From: Octopus sinensis
Lineage: Eukaryota
Length of the DNA stretch: 64,000 nucleotides
NCBI RefSeq assembly: GCF_006345805.1
Contig: NC_043012.1
Coordinates: forward strand, 11,780,001-11,844,000
Reading direction: 5' to 3'
Shown in pieces: positions 63,896 through 64,000 of this stretch. A program made the position numbers and the translations under genes. Position 1 is the first letter of the stretch; each line of letters begins with the position of its first letter. The notes below the pieces were generated by a model, which worked only from the letters and a program-made list of their open reading frames with translations, searched no databases and was not told the origin of the DNA.

Positions 63896-64000
63896 ATCTA
63901 TAAATTGACCAGAGAACAGAAATGAAAGAACACAAAGTAAAACAGTAGAATATTACATTTATTACGTTTTCCTATAATTTCAGATCGTTTGTGCGTTTTA

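Overview
Eukaryotic, AT-rich, repeat-saturated non-coding DNA (intergenic or deep intronic). The SINE families and the very high (TA)n/(CA)n/(GATA)n/trinucleotide microsatellite load look like an octopus/coleoid cephalopod genome; this is inferred from recognition, not from a database search. I found no intact protein-coding gene, rRNA, true tRNA gene or CRISPR array, and almost all ORFs in the track are microsatellite read-throughs. The window contains: (i) dozens of copies of at least four tRNA-headed SINE families (labelled A, B, C, E here); (ii) decayed LINE remnants: R4/Dong-type RLE ends sitting in (TAA)n arrays, a CR1/L2-group RT end, and an RTE RT split by two SINE insertions; (iii) a Penelope GIY-YIG endonuclease pseudogene plus several short Penelope-type terminal repeats; (iv) mariner derivatives, a hAT-like MITE, Helitron-like non-autonomous elements and a probable solo LTR; (v) a 30-bp minisatellite. 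The most notable signals are five or six hammerhead-ribozyme-like motifs from several different repeat families (one nearly canonical type I at 3297-3369), a pre-miRNA-like hairpin in unique sequence (45932-46031), two long near-perfect inverted repeats, and a same-site double SINE insertion with a triplicated target site.
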